From Alphaproteobacteria bacterium (lineage in GTDB: Bacteria; Pseudomonadota; Alphaproteobacteria; RF32; CAG-239), in NCBI GenBank assembly GCA_017470165.1, contig JAFUEX010000016.1:5020-69019 (forward strand): a DNA stretch of 64,000 nucleotides, given 5' to 3'. Position numbers and translations under genes: made by a program. Shown in pieces: positions 19,135-30,270 of the stretch (within the stretch, counting starts at the first letter, position 1; every line of letters begins with the position of its first letter). Below the pieces are notes generated by a model. The model worked only from the letters and a program-made list of their open reading frames with translations. It was not told where the DNA came from and searched no databases.

Positions 19135-19555
19135 TATCGAACTCATTGTCAACCTGATAATAATATGCCTGCTCATCCCGATGATTATCTATGCTTATAA
19201 TCTCAATCGCAGCCTTAAAGACCTGCGGCAAAATCAAAATTCTTTGGCCAAGTTGGTGGCTGCACTCAATGAGGCGACTTTCAAAGCGGAAAATTCGATT
19301 CCCAAACTCAAAACCGCCACAGAAAACTCCTCCCACGGGCTCAAAGAAGTGGTTGATAATGCCAAAGAGCTCAAAAACGACCTGTTATTTATCAATGAGC
19401 GCGCCGATTCGTTGGCCGACAGGCTGGAAAACGTCATATCATCTTCCCGCAATATGCCGGCTCCGGCTGCCGCCAAAGCAGAACCTTTGCCGCCCCAAGA
19501 CGATCGCGCCATGGCAGAAATGGAATTATTAAAAGCATTGAGGGCTATCAAATAA
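19127..19555 (+). CDS. DUF6468-like small membrane protein of alphaproteobacterial flagellar clusters
   Basis: The ATG at 19127 overlaps the fliM stop. One N-terminal TM helix (LIIICLLIPMIIYAY) followed by a coiled-coil-like region. Confidence 0.5.
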   Translation: MANIELIVNLIIICLLIPMIIYAYNLNRSLKDLRQNQNSLAKLVAALNEATFKAENSIPKLKTATENSSHGLKEVVDNAKELKNDLLFINERADSLADRLENVISSSRNMPAPAAAKAEPLPPQDDRAMAEMELLKALRAIK

Positions 19556-19556
19556 A

Positions 19557-20204
19557 ATGATTAAAACATCTTTTCCCAAATTAAAATTCCGCATTTTGCC
19601 GCTGTTTATTTTTGTTGCGGTTTTAGGCTTGAGCATCAAACTGAATACCGCCTACGACCTCTATCAAAAAAGCGACATCTCGCAAGTTCGCATCACCCCG
19701 TCATCCGCGCGGGCCGCTGACGAAATGGACAGTGACGCCAAGGCTCTGACCGAGGTCTTGGACGGACAAAAGCCATCACCTCAGGCCGCCGAGCGGCTTC
19801 CGGTCTTCAGTGATTCGGAAATCCAAATTCTGCAAGAGTTGGCTGAACGCCGCGAGGCCTTGGATGTCCGTGCTCAAGAAATTGACAAACGCACCGTTCA
19901 ATTGCAGGTTGCCGAAGAAGAAATCGACAAGAAACTAACCCAGCTCAAAGAGTACGAGCAGCGCTTAAGCAAGCTGATAAATCAATATTCCGCTCAAGAA
20001 AAAGAAAACATTAATTCGCTGGTCAAACTCTACAGCTCGATGAAACCCAAAGACGCCGCCCGCATCTTCAATACAATGAATTTGGACATTTCGGTGGCTA
20101 TCCTCAAGGGAATGAAACCCTCGGCTTCATCCGCCATCCTCTCGCAAATGGATTCGGAAAAGGCTCAGGCCATCACCGCCGTACTGATAGGCAACAACCT
20201 CTAA
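19557..20204 (+). CDS. MotE/FlbB-like flagellar protein (MgtE-N-like C-terminal domain)
   Basis: Signal/TM segment, a coiled coil, then LYSSMKPKDAARIFNTMNLDISVAILKGMKPSASSAILSQMDSEKA. Confidence 0.6.
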   Translation: MIKTSFPKLKFRILPLFIFVAVLGLSIKLNTAYDLYQKSDISQVRITPSSARAADEMDSDAKALTEVLDGQKPSPQAAERLPVFSDSEIQILQELAERREALDVRAQEIDKRTVQLQVAEEEIDKKLTQLKEYEQRLSKLINQYSAQEKENINSLVKLYSSMKPKDAARIFNTMNLDISVAILKGMKPSASSAILSQMDSEKAQAITAVLIGNNL

Positions 20205-20221
20205 CCTAAAGAAAGAGACCC

Positions 20222-22741
20222 GTGACACCGCAACGTAAAATTTTGGCTTTCATACTACCGCTGGCAATCGCTTTCAGCTTTTGCTCCGTCGGTATTGCCA
20301 AAGTTGAAAAGAATGAGGCTGCCGCGATTGTTAATCATCATTTTTCTGTCCCCGCGGCCGAAACCTCATCCAATTTTAGCTTCACCCAACAAGATGCCAT
20401 TGCCAGTATGCGTTTTGTTTGGAATGCGCCGGTCAATGTCGCAGCCTTCACCCGCAACGGCAAAATTTGGATGGTATTTGACAAGCCCAACACCATCGAC
20501 GTTGCCAAATTAAAAGAAGAAGCCCGCGGTATGGCCAAAGAAATCTATACCTTGCCCCACCCTGCCGGCTCAATTGTTATTATTGTTCCCCAAGATGGCG
20601 TCAAATATGCCTTACGCAAAGAAGGCTTGCTGTGGATTATGGACCTATACAACGGACGCGCACCGCGTTTTGAAAAACAAAACCTCACTATTTTCACCCA
20701 ATTTGACAGTCTGAAAAACTCCTATTTATTTATGCCGACCACTTTTGCAGGCGGTATCATATCGATTCTTGACCCCGAAATAGGCGATGCCATCTCCATC
20801 TCCACCACCTCACAACTTGGTTTGGGCTACGATGCTTATTACCGCTATCCGGATTTTGATATTTTGCCGACATCTCAAGGTTTGGCCTTTATCATCAATG
20901 CGCCGGATATTGTACTCAATCGCGGCAACTCCGGCATCACCCTCAAAGCCATCGGCCGCTCGCTCAACATCACCGGCGACTTAGACGCGCTCAAACAGCG
21001 GCAAATCAGCCTTGCAGCGGGTCAAACTGCCGAAAACGTCAATGCTTTTGACCTAAGCATCCCCGCCAAAGTCCTCAATCAGCGCTTTATCGACACTATC
21101 GAGGATTACAAAAAACAAATTCTCTCTGCCCCCGTCGAAGAAAAAAATGCTTTGCGTATTCAGTTGGCCAAATATTATATTTACAACGGGCTGGGGCCTG
21201 ACGCATTATATATTCTCAACAAAATGACCGAGATGAACATCCCCGAAGCGCAAACCGAGTATTTTCACGCCCTTTCCGGCATTGCTAATTTCTTGGCCCG
21301 ACGCTATCCTCAGGCGGTTGAACATTTTTCTTTCGGCCGGATTCCCGATACGATAGAAGGGATATTTTGGCGCACCATTGCCCAAAGTGCCTATCGTTTT
21401 GAAGAGGGCAACAACGCGGTTATTCTCACCCATATTTCGCTTATGCGTGACTATCCCCAAGCCATCAAAGACAAAATTGCCGTTATTGCCGCCGGCAATG
21501 CCATCGCCGTTGATGACGACCTCTCGGCACAAAACTTTATTGATATTTTGAACTCAGTTCCCGACCGGATGCGCAACCTTACCCCGCAAATCACCTACCT
21601 CACTGCACAAAAGATGGAAATGCAGGGCTATCTGCGCAACGCGATTAAAGAATATCAACCATTGCTCAATTCGCCCTCGGCAATGTTCTCTTCTTTGGCT
21701 CGTCTACGTCACACTATTCTCAGCCAAATGCTCAATTTTATTGATACCAAAACCGCTGTTGCCGAGCTGGAAAAACTGCGCTTTGCTTGGGGCGAAAAGA
21801 GTTTTCAAATATCGCTGCTGTCCAAACTTTCCGATTTTTACCTCAAAGACCACGATTACTATAATGCTTTGCGCACTCTTAACGAATTGGGTTTTGTGGT
21901 TGACAGCGACGAAAAAATCGCCATCTCCAAAAAGATGGTCAAAGTTTTCGAAGACATTTTCATCGGCAACCACGCCGACGAAGTGCTCACCCCCATCAAG
22001 GCCTTGGCTTTGTTTGAGGATTTTCGCTGGTTGAGTGAATTGAGCGAACAGCAAAACACCATCATGCAAAAATTAGCCGACCGCTTGGTTTCAGTCGACT
22101 TATTGCCGCGCGCCAAAAATCTTTTGCTCACACTTATGATGCAAGACAACCTTTCGCCCGACGATATGGGGCGTGTCGGCGCCCGTCTGGCTGTAATCTA
22201 CCTGTTTGAAAAAACGCCCGACCAAGCGCTGGACATCTTAGACGCCACTGACAATCCGGCCATCTCGCCCGAGATTGCCGCCCCGCGCCGTCTCATCCGC
22301 GCCAAAGCTCTCTCTGATATGCACCGCACCGATCAAGCCCTTGCTCTGCTCAAAAATGACTACAGTCCTAATGCGCTGCGTTTCAAGTTTGACATTTATT
22401 GGAAAGCTAAAGATTGGGACAATGCATCCAACACCATCAAATATCTGATTAAAGAACCGCGCAAAAACGAGGCCTTGTCGCAGGAGCAAATCAACTATAT
22501 ATTAGATTGGGCCACCACCCTCAAACGCGCCGGCAAAGAAACGGTTTTGGTACGTTTGCGCAACAAATTTATGCCATTTTTCAAGGATACTCCTCATTTT
22601 AGTACTTTCAATGTGCTAACCAACCGTCTTGAAAAAGAAGAAATCAACATCAACCGTGTGCGCAGCGTAATTTCCGACATTCAAAACTTTAATAACTTTG
22701 CCAAATTTTACACTCACTCGCTGGAAGCCAAGGCCCCCTAA
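20222..22741 (+). CDS. large periplasmic protein with a beta-rich N-terminal region and a helical-repeat (TPR-like) C-terminal region; function unknown
   Basis: GTG start after AAGAAAGAGA; signal peptide [20 protein letters not shown]; 839 aa; last gene of the flagellar block. Confidence 0.6.
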   Translation: MTPQRKILAFILPLAIAFSFCSVGIAKVEKNEAAAIVNHHFSVPAAETSSNFSFTQQDAIASMRFVWNAPVNVAAFTRNGKIWMVFDKPNTIDVAKLKEEARGMAKEIYTLPHPAGSIVIIVPQDGVKYALRKEGLLWIMDLYNGRAPRFEKQNLTIFTQFDSLKNSYLFMPTTFAGGIISILDPEIGDAISISTTSQLGLGYDAYYRYPDFDILPTSQGLAFIINAPDIVLNRGNSGITLKAIGRSLNITGDLDALKQRQISLAAGQTAENVNAFDLSIPAKVLNQRFIDTIEDYKKQILSAPVEEKNALRIQLAKYYIYNGLGPDALYILNKMTEMNIPEAQTEYFHALSGIANFLARRYPQAVEHFSFGRIPDTIEGIFWRTIAQSAYRFEEGNNAVILTHISLMRDYPQAIKDKIAVIAAGNAIAVDDDLSAQNFIDILNSVPDRMRNLTPQITYLTAQKMEMQGYLRNAIKEYQPLLNSPSAMFSSLARLRHTILSQMLNFIDTKTAVAELEKLRFAWGEKSFQISLLSKLSDFYLKDHDYYNALRTLNELGFVVDSDEKIAISKKMVKVFEDIFIGNHADEVLTPIKALALFEDFRWLSELSEQQNTIMQKLADRLVSVDLLPRAKNLLLTLMMQDNLSPDDMGRVGARLAVIYLFEKTPDQALDILDATDNPAISPEIAAPRRLIRAKALSDMHRTDQALALLKNDYSPNALRFKFDIYWKAKDWDNASNTIKYLIKEPRKNEALSQEQINYILDWATTLKRAGKETVLVRLRNKFMPFFKDTPHFSTFNVLTNRLEKEEININRVRSVISDIQNFNNFAKFYTHSLEAKAP

Positions 22742-22746
22742 CCGCC

Positions 22747-24732
22747 ATGAAAACTTTGTTTGATTTACAATCTCCCTTCTCTCCTTCGGGCGACCAGCCG
22801 CAGGCCATCAAAGAGCTGAGTGACGGCTTATCTTCCGGCCTCAAAAATCAGGTATTGCTTGGAGTAACCGGCTCCGGCAAGACCTATACCATGGCCAAAA
22901 TCATCGAGCAAAATTCGCGTCCGGCGCTGATTATGGCTCCCAACAAAACCTTGGCAGCGCAGCTTTATGCCGAGATGAAGGAATTTTTCCCGCATAACCA
23001 CGTCGAATATTTTGTCTCCTATTATGACTATTACCAACCTGAAGCCTATGTTCCCAAAACCGACACTTATATTGAAAAAGATTCGTCCATCAATGAGCAA
23101 ATCGACCGGATGCGCAACTCGGCCACGCGCTCATTGCTGGAATACCGCGATGTAATCATCATTGCTTCGGTGTCTTGTATTTATGGCTTGGGCGATGTCG
23201 ATTCTTATGCCGCAATGACTATGCCGCTCGAGGTCGGACAAACCATCGAGCCTCTGGAGGTCTACCGTCGCCTTTCCGAGTTGCAATATACCCGCAACCA
23301 GCAAAATTTTGTCCGCTCAACTTTTCGTGTCAACGGCGACACGCTGGATATTTTCCCCGCGCACTGCGAAGACCGCGGCTGGCGTATTTCATTTTTTGGC
23401 GACGAAATTGAGAGTATTGATGAGTTCGACTCCCTCACCGGCAAACGCGAACTCTCGCTAAACAAAATCACCCTCTATCCGGCCAACCATTATGTAACCC
23501 CACGTCCCACCATTGCACAGGCCATTGTCAACATTCGCCGGGAACTATCCGAACAGATTGAAGTTTTCAAATCCCAAAACAAGCTCTTGGAAGCCCAGCG
23601 TATTGAACAGCGCACACGCTTTGATTTGGAGATGTTGGAATCCACCGGCTCCTGCAAAGGTATTGAAAACTATTCGCGTTTTCTCACCGGACGCGCCAAA
23701 GGGGCTCCCCCGCCTACTTTGTTCGAATACCTGCCCGAAGATACCATCCTTTTTATCGACGAAAGTCACGTCTCGGTTCCCCAAATCGGCGGTATGTTCA
23801 AAGGTGACTTCAACCGCAAATCAACTCTTGCCCAGTACGGTTTTCGTCTTCCCTCTTGCACCGACAACCGCCCTCTTAAATTTGCCGAATGGGATGCCAT
23901 GCGCGGGCAAACCATCTTTGTTTCCGCCACCCCCGGAGATTGGGAACTTGAGCAAAGCGGCGGTGTCTTTTCCGAACAAATCATCCGTCCTACCGGCCTC
24001 ACCGATCCGTTATGCATTGTCCGACCGGTCACCAATCAGGTTGATGATTTAATGTCCGAATGCCAAAAAGTCATTGCCCGCGGCAACCGTGTATTGGTCA
24101 CCACCCTCACAAAAAAAATGGCCGAAGATCTCACCGGCTATCTTGCCGACAATGGAGTCAAGGTGCGCTATCTCCACTCAGACATTGACACACTGGAGCG
24201 CATCGAAATCATCCGCGATTTACGCTTGGGTGTATTTGATGTGTTGGTTGGCATCAACTTGTTGCGCGAGGGGTTGGATATCCCCGAGTGCGCATTGGTG
24301 GCCATTTTAGATGCTGATAAAGAAGGCTTCTTACGCTCCACCCGTTCGCTCATTCAAACTATCGGCCGCGCTGCCCGTAATGCAGAAGGCCGCGTCATCC
24401 TCTATGCCGACCGCATCACCGATTCGCTAAAAACAGCTCTGGGCGAAACCGAACGTCGTCGCCAAAAACAAATGGCCTATAATCAACAACACGGCATCAT
24501 TCCGCAAACCATCCGCAAAAAAATCTCCTCAGCCCTCGATGAAATGACTGCCAAAGATGCCGCCAACACCAAGTCATCTCATATATCTCAAGCCCCCTCC
24601 GACATCGACAAACAAATTCGCGAGTACAACAAACTGATGCAGGAGGCTGCTGCCAATCTTGAGTTTGAACAGGCTATCGCTTATCGCGACAAAATCAAAC
24701 AATTGGAAAAATTATATCTCATCAGCGAGTAA
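22747..24732 (+). CDS. uvrB: excinuclease ABC subunit B
   Basis: [19 protein letters not shown], helicase motifs, and a C-terminal UVR domain [17 protein letters not shown]. Confidence 0.97.
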   Translation: MKTLFDLQSPFSPSGDQPQAIKELSDGLSSGLKNQVLLGVTGSGKTYTMAKIIEQNSRPALIMAPNKTLAAQLYAEMKEFFPHNHVEYFVSYYDYYQPEAYVPKTDTYIEKDSSINEQIDRMRNSATRSLLEYRDVIIIASVSCIYGLGDVDSYAAMTMPLEVGQTIEPLEVYRRLSELQYTRNQQNFVRSTFRVNGDTLDIFPAHCEDRGWRISFFGDEIESIDEFDSLTGKRELSLNKITLYPANHYVTPRPTIAQAIVNIRRELSEQIEVFKSQNKLLEAQRIEQRTRFDLEMLESTGSCKGIENYSRFLTGRAKGAPPPTLFEYLPEDTILFIDESHVSVPQIGGMFKGDFNRKSTLAQYGFRLPSCTDNRPLKFAEWDAMRGQTIFVSATPGDWELEQSGGVFSEQIIRPTGLTDPLCIVRPVTNQVDDLMSECQKVIARGNRVLVTTLTKKMAEDLTGYLADNGVKVRYLHSDIDTLERIEIIRDLRLGVFDVLVGINLLREGLDIPECALVAILDADKEGFLRSTRSLIQTIGRAARNAEGRVILYADRITDSLKTALGETERRRQKQMAYNQQHGIIPQTIRKKISSALDEMTAKDAANTKSSHISQAPSDIDKQIREYNKLMQEAAANLEFEQAIAYRDKIKQLEKLYLISE

Positions 24733-24758
24733 TTCTGCTTAATCTTTTTTTTTAACAG

Positions 24759-24791
24759 AAAAAACCTCAGGTATCTTTCCCGAGGTTTTTT
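24759..24791. terminator. bidirectional terminator between the convergent genes uvrB and valS
   Basis: AAAAAACCTCaGG ... CCcGAGGTTTTTT. Confidence 0.65.
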
Positions 24792-24829
24792 GCATATTTT
24801 CCTTCGTCTTATATTTTTCGACGCCTTGG

Positions 24830-27466
24830 TTATACCAAATTCTTCAGTCGAGCCAGCGCGGCTTCCACCTTCGCACGTGCCGCCAGCGCTTCTTCCTGCC
24901 GTTTTTTCTCTTCCTCGACTACCTTTTGCGGAGCCCGCTCCACAAAAGCTGCATTGCCGAGCTTCTCCGCATAACCTTGCAGATTTTTATCCAGTTGCGC
25001 CAAATTTTTGCTCAACCGCTCATACTCTGCAGCAAAATCCACCACGCCCTTCAACTCAAGCAAAACAACTCCGTCAGTCAGCCCTACTTGCACCATACTT
25101 GATGCCGCCTCTCCCGCCAACTGCTCCAAAAATTCCAGCTTGGCCAAGGCGCATACCACCTCGCCCATCTCTTTTGCATAGCCGCAAGCCTCTTTGCTGC
25201 AGCCCGACAAATAAGCCTTGAGCTTGGCACCGGCCGGCAAATTCATTTCCGCCCGCAGCGACCTGATTGCCGAAACAACCTCAATCACCCAATCAACCGC
25301 CTTACCTTCATCGCCATTACTCTTTCGGCTTGTCGGCCAACTCTGCAACATCAACTCGCCGCCCATTTGCAAGCTCTGCCAAATCTGCGTAGTAATAAAC
25401 GGCATAAACGGATGTCCCATCAACATAATCCGCCGCAAAACATACGCAAACACCCCGCGGGTTTCTGCTTTAGCTTTTTCATCATCGCCATACAACACCG
25501 GTTTGCTCATCTCAATATACCAGTCGCAAAAATCGCCCCAAGCAAATTGATATACCGCATTGGCCGCATCGGCAAACCGAAAACTCTCCAAATCGCGACC
25601 AACTTTGCTTATTGTCTTTTCTGCCTTGGCAATCACCCAGCGATTGATTTTGCCTTCGACCGTATTGACATCAATGTCATGCCCGAAATCAACCCCATTC
25701 ATCTCGCCATAACGCGCTGCATTCCACAATTTAGTAGCAAAATTACGATAACCGGCGATTCGCGCCTCATTCATATTGATATCACGTCCTTGGGTTTCCA
25801 TCGCCGCCATAAAAAACCGCAGAGCATCAGCGCCATAAGTGTCAATCATATCCAGCGGATTAACCGTATTGCCTTTGGATTTCGACATCTTGTGGCCGTG
25901 CTCATCACGCACCAGCCCATGCAAATACACCGTATTAAACGGCACCCGTTTCATCATATACATACTCATCATCATCATTCTGGCCACCCAGAAGAAAATA
26001 ATATCAAATCCCGTAACCAATACCGAAGTCGGATAAAACATATCCAAAAATTCCGACTTATCCGGCCATCCCAAAGTTGAAAAAGCCCACAATCCGGACG
26101 AAAACCACGTATCCAACACATCCGTCTCGCGCGTCAATTTTTCTTGATGTCCATAAAATTCTGCCGCCGCGGACAAAGCATCTTCCTCATTTTCCTCACA
26201 GAATATATGTCCGTCCGGCCCATACCAAATCGGCATTTGGTGTCCCCACCACAACTGTCGCGAAATACACCACGGCTGAATGTTCCGCATCCACTCGAAA
26301 TAAATCTTTTCATAATTTTTCGGCAAGAACTTAACCTCGCCGTCTTCCACCGCGCGTATCGCCTCAACCGCCAGTTTCGGAGCATCAACAAACCATTGGT
26401 CGGTCAGCATCGGCTCAATCACCACCCCCGACCTGTCGCCATAAGGCACCACCATAGGATGCTCCTCAATCTTGTCCATCAGCCCCAGTTCACTCAGTTT
26501 GGCAATCGTCGCCTCACGCGCTGCCATAGTTGTCATACCGGCAAAAGGCGTATTCTCGTTCAAAGTCGCATCCGCATTCAGCACATTAATCATCGGCAGA
26601 TTATGGCGTTTACCCACCTCAAAATCATTAAAATCATGTGCCGGTGTAATCTTCACCGCTCCGGTGCCTTTAGTCGGATCGGCGTGCTCATCTGCCACAA
26701 TCGGAATAACGCGGTTAATAATCGGAATAATACAATTTTTGCCGATAAGATGCGCCAATTTAGCATTATCCTTGGAAATCGCCACTGCCGTATCACCAAA
26801 CATTGTCTCGGGCCGCGTTGTGGCAATCTGCACAAACTCTCCATCTTTTCCCTCAATCGGATAACGATAATAGTACATCTTACCGTTGGTTTCTTTTTGC
26901 ACCACTTCCAAATCCGAAACCGCGGTCATAAACTTGGCATCCCAGTTCACCAATTTCTTGGCTTTATAAATCAACCCGTCTTTATACATATTTACAAAGA
27001 TTTTTCTCACTGCGCGGCTCAATCCTTCGTCCATCGTAAATCTCTCGCGCGTCCAATCACAAGACGCCCCCAACCGCCGAAGTTGCCGACAAATCGTACC
27101 GCCGGATTCCTCACGCCATTTCCACACCGTCTCAACAAATTTTTCCCGTCCCAAATCATGACGGCTGATACCTTGCTTGGCCAAATTGCGCTCTACAACC
27201 ATCTGTGTGGCTATACCGGCATGGTCCGTTCCCACCTGCCACAAAACATTTTTGCCCAACATCCGATTATAGCGAATTAAAATATCCTGCAAAGTATAAT
27301 CCAAAGCGTGTCCCATATGCAGCACACCAGTAACATTAGCCGGCGGTATAACTATACTGAACGCCTCTTTACTCTTATCCATTGACGGCGCAAAACATCC
27401 CGTATTTTCCCAATTTTCATAAATTTTTTCTTCCCAATCTTTCGGATTATAATTTTTATCCAACAT
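24830..27466 (-). CDS. valS: valine--tRNA ligase
   Basis: PPANVTGVLHMGHAL (HIGH) and KMSKSKGN (KMSKS); 878 aa with a C-terminal coiled coil. Confidence 0.97.
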   Translation of the reverse strand: MLDKNYNPKDWEEKIYENWENTGCFAPSMDKSKEAFSIVIPPANVTGVLHMGHALDYTLQDILIRYNRMLGKNVLWQVGTDHAGIATQMVVERNLAKQGISRHDLGREKFVETVWKWREESGGTICRQLRRLGASCDWTRERFTMDEGLSRAVRKIFVNMYKDGLIYKAKKLVNWDAKFMTAVSDLEVVQKETNGKMYYYRYPIEGKDGEFVQIATTRPETMFGDTAVAISKDNAKLAHLIGKNCIIPIINRVIPIVADEHADPTKGTGAVKITPAHDFNDFEVGKRHNLPMINVLNADATLNENTPFAGMTTMAAREATIAKLSELGLMDKIEEHPMVVPYGDRSGVVIEPMLTDQWFVDAPKLAVEAIRAVEDGEVKFLPKNYEKIYFEWMRNIQPWCISRQLWWGHQMPIWYGPDGHIFCEENEEDALSAAAEFYGHQEKLTRETDVLDTWFSSGLWAFSTLGWPDKSEFLDMFYPTSVLVTGFDIIFFWVARMMMMSMYMMKRVPFNTVYLHGLVRDEHGHKMSKSKGNTVNPLDMIDTYGADALRFFMAAMETQGRDINMNEARIAGYRNFATKLWNAARYGEMNGVDFGHDIDVNTVEGKINRWVIAKAEKTISKVGRDLESFRFADAANAVYQFAWGDFCDWYIEMSKPVLYGDDEKAKAETRGVFAYVLRRIMLMGHPFMPFITTQIWQSLQMGGELMLQSWPTSRKSNGDEGKAVDWVIEVVSAIRSLRAEMNLPAGAKLKAYLSGCSKEACGYAKEMGEVVCALAKLEFLEQLAGEAASSMVQVGLTDGVVLLELKGVVDFAAEYERLSKNLAQLDKNLQGYAEKLGNAAFVERAPQKVVEEEKKRQEEALAARAKVEAALARLKNLV

Positions 27467-27500
27467 CTTTCATATCCCATAAAACAAAATTTATTATAAA

Positions 27501-27540
27501 AACACAAAAAGCCCTTGAAAATGACTAATTTTTTAAGGGC
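27501..27540 (-). terminator. possible terminator downstream of the PopZ-like gene
   Basis: GCCCTT / AAGGGC stem with an 18-nt loop; TTTTTGTGTTTTT on the minus-strand transcript. Confidence 0.4.
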
Positions 27541-27582
27541 ATAACACATCAAGACCGATTCAGACTTTTAATACTCAGCTTT

Positions 27583-28629
27583 CTACGAACCGGCCTTTGC
27601 AATCACTCGTTCAATCTCCTGTTTAACAATCCGCTCGACCATCACGGCCAAATTATTGTCCACCCAATTTTTCACCTGCGCCCTTATCTCGGCTTCGGCC
27701 ATCTCGCGATAATCCGCCCCATTATTCCACTGCAAAGAAATTTCATCGCCGATAACTTTGACTATGGCATCTTTAACAAAGCTCTCCAGCGTTTTCGTAC
27801 CATCGCCCATCGCAGTAATGACTGGCTTATTCTCAGCTGACGATTCGCTTTTGTTCTTGGCAAACATTTTGGCAAAATTGCTGATAATATTCGCCGAAGC
27901 ATCCACCGCCGCACTGTTTTTCTCTTCTTTGTCCTCTGAAATCATCAACAAGCTGCTCGGCGCATCTTCAGGCTCTGTTTCTATCGGCACAACAACCTCC
28001 GGTGTTTCAACTGCCGCCTCCATTGGAGCAGCCTCACGTTCTTCTGCCGGTTCAATCGGTTCAATCGCTTCAACCGCAGTCTCAACCACCGGTTCAATTA
28101 CCTCAACCGCTTCAACTGTCCGCTCAATCTCACCGGCCGCACTCACCTCCAGCTCCGGTTTGGGTTCAGGCTCAACCGGCTCTATCAACTCAACTGCATC
28201 CGGTTCCGGCAAAACATCCGTTGTCTCAGGATCAGGTTCAGGTTCCGACACCACATCCGTCACAACTTCCGGCACCTGCTCTTCAACATCTGCCATCGTC
28301 TGTTCTTCCGCTGCCGCCGCGGCCTTCACATCCTCTGCCACCACCTCCGACAAGCTCGCCGTTTCCGGCAGCTTTAATTCGACTATCTCGTCTTTGGCGG
28401 ATACTTGCTCGGCCACCTCCTGCGTGGCAGGCTCCAAACTTATTGCTTCATCAATCCGCATATCCTGCGACAATTCCAATATATCGTCATCGCTGCTCTG
28501 CAACACTTCTTCCAGCGCATCTTTCCCTTGCGCCAAAGCCTCCGGAGCCCCGCCTTCATCTTCTTCCAAAATACTCTTAATGGATGACAAAATATTTTCC
28601 ACTTCCAAATCGTCGTTATTTTCAGCCAT
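27583..28629 (-). CDS. DUF2497 / PopZ-like acidic polar-organising protein
   Basis: N-terminal ENILSSIKSILEEDE, a long Pro/Glu/Val-rich acidic linker, and a conserved C-terminal ..WVDNNLAVMVERIVKQEIERV. Located between valS and tolC. Confidence 0.6.
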   Translation of the reverse strand: MAENNDDLEVENILSSIKSILEEDEGGAPEALAQGKDALEEVLQSSDDDILELSQDMRIDEAISLEPATQEVAEQVSAKDEIVELKLPETASLSEVVAEDVKAAAAAEEQTMADVEEQVPEVVTDVVSEPEPDPETTDVLPEPDAVELIEPVEPEPKPELEVSAAGEIERTVEAVEVIEPVVETAVEAIEPIEPAEEREAAPMEAAVETPEVVVPIETEPEDAPSSLLMISEDKEEKNSAAVDASANIISNFAKMFAKNKSESSAENKPVITAMGDGTKTLESFVKDAIVKVIGDEISLQWNNGADYREMAEAEIRAQVKNWVDNNLAVMVERIVKQEIERVIAKAGS

Positions 28630-28710
28630 TCGACCCACTTTCGTTTGTGATTAAACCTTTATCTTGCCCCAATGCTACACAAAAAATATCAATAAAGCAA
28701 GTATTTATAA

Positions 28711-30066
28711 TCAGTTAAGCGAAAACCACTTTCCCTTGGTGTCTTCATAATACTTGTTAGCGTCATACAATTCAACGTTCAAACCCAAGTCCTTGGCCGT
28801 CATCTTACCCATTGCCGCCAACAAATTCATTGCCGAAACATAATAGCTGCGGCGCGCTTTAACGTCATTAACTTCAGAATTAAGCAGTTCTTGATAAGCA
28901 TCCAGCACATCCAAAATCGTACGATTTCCCAAGGCCTCTTCTTTCTGTACGCCATCCAAAGCCACTCTGCTGGCCGCAATCTGATCGGCGATCGCCTTCA
29001 GTTGCGATTCATTGGCCTTCATATTTTCCCACGCACTCTGCACATTGGCTTTTACTGCGCGTTTGGCTTGCAAAACTCCCTCTTGCGCCTGCCATTTTTG
29101 ATATTTACTCTGTCTGATTTTGGCGTTGGTTGCTCCGCCGGCATACAGCGGCACGCTCAAATTTACTCCCCATTCGGTATTATCCACCGTCGATTTATTG
29201 TGATTCTGCTCAGCCTTGTTGCGTCCGACCGACCCGTCCAAGGTCAATGTCGGCAGCAATCCTCCCTCATTGGAATAAACTTCATACCCGCGCGCGGCGT
29301 ACAAATTCTGTGCTTGTTTAATGGTGTAGCTTCCGCGCATTGCCTCATCCAACGCCGCATCATAGCTTGAGGGCATCATCTGTTTAATACGCTCCGGCTC
29401 ACTCAAATCCGTCGGCTCATCTCCGATATATTCGGCATATGTGGCCATCGAAGCCTGCAAAGTTCCCTCCGAGGCTATTCTGTCAGATATCGCCTGCGAA
29501 TGCCGCGCCTTGGCTTGGCTCACATCGGTGCGAGTTACTTCTCCCACCTTAAACCGCTCCATTGTCTCATCCAATTTTTTCTTCAACAGTTTTTCATTAT
29601 TTTTCTGCAAATCCACAATAGCGCGATTCTGCAAAACATCCAAATAAGCGGTCGATGCCGCCACCAAAATATTTTGCTCGACATTAGCCAAATTATTCTG
29701 TGCCGCTTTAACACTCCTGTCGGCCGCCTTCACCGAATTAACCGTTGAAAACCCGTTAAACAGAGGTTGTGAAGCATTCAACGAACCGCCCAAATTATCA
29801 TAGTCGCCGTCATTACCCAAACCTTTTTTCACCTTGTTTTCGCCATCGCGATAAGCCCCGTTCAAGCTGACATTAGGCCTATACCCCACCTTAGCCAAAG
29901 CCACATTTTCATCTGTAGCCCGCAGTGCTGCCCTTTCCGCCTGCAACGACGGATTGGTATTATATGTTTTGGCCAGCGCCTCAAAAATATCATCGCCTCT
30001 TGCCTCAACCGCCAGAGAGCTGACGCAAACCCCAACCAGCAATGCTCTTAAAAAACAGCTTTTCAT
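28711..30066 (-). CDS. tolC: TolC-family outer membrane efflux protein
   Basis: Signal peptide, then a two-repeat OEP architecture (YNTNPSLQAERAAL..., ...LDVLDAYQELLNSE). Confidence 0.85.
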   Translation of the reverse strand: MKSCFLRALLVGVCVSSLAVEARGDDIFEALAKTYNTNPSLQAERAALRATDENVALAKVGYRPNVSLNGAYRDGENKVKKGLGNDGDYDNLGGSLNASQPLFNGFSTVNSVKAADRSVKAAQNNLANVEQNILVAASTAYLDVLQNRAIVDLQKNNEKLLKKKLDETMERFKVGEVTRTDVSQAKARHSQAISDRIASEGTLQASMATYAEYIGDEPTDLSEPERIKQMMPSSYDAALDEAMRGSYTIKQAQNLYAARGYEVYSNEGGLLPTLTLDGSVGRNKAEQNHNKSTVDNTEWGVNLSVPLYAGGATNAKIRQSKYQKWQAQEGVLQAKRAVKANVQSAWENMKANESQLKAIADQIAASRVALDGVQKEEALGNRTILDVLDAYQELLNSEVNDVKARRSYYVSAMNLLAAMGKMTAKDLGLNVELYDANKYYEDTKGKWFSLN

Positions 30067-30270
30067 TGTATCTCACCTACTAAAATTTATTGTTCAAATC
30101 TCCTCTCTTCATACACTAAATAATTCCAACTTTCAAATTATTTTATCAAAAAATCCAACCTTTAAGCTAAAAAAATCTCATCATGAGAATTATTTTATTA
30201 ACTATATGTCAAACAATTTACCATACAATCGGCTCAAAGACGTTAAACCAATCATTTCAGGGGACCTCAA

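Noticed and set aside
26144-27280. 378-aa plus-strand ORF inside valS. Smaller ORFs at 25367-26080 and 24790-25221 were rejected for the same reason.
   Set aside because: They are antisense to a confidently identified valS with HIGH and KMSKS motifs. Their composition is Arg/His/Pro/Asn-rich and no motifs were recognised.
27758-28654. 298-aa and 192-aa plus-strand ORFs opposite the PopZ-like gene.
   Set aside because: They are Ser/Thr/Ala or Pro/Leu low-complexity translations produced by reading the GAA/CCG/GTT-rich acidic linker on the other strand. No independent start signals are present.
30067-30270. 6-1-6 palindrome TCTCAT-c-ATGAGA in the tolC/glgP divergent intergenic region.
   Set aside because: It is a single short dyad in an AT-rich promoter region with no second copy in the window. 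That is insufficient to call an operator.
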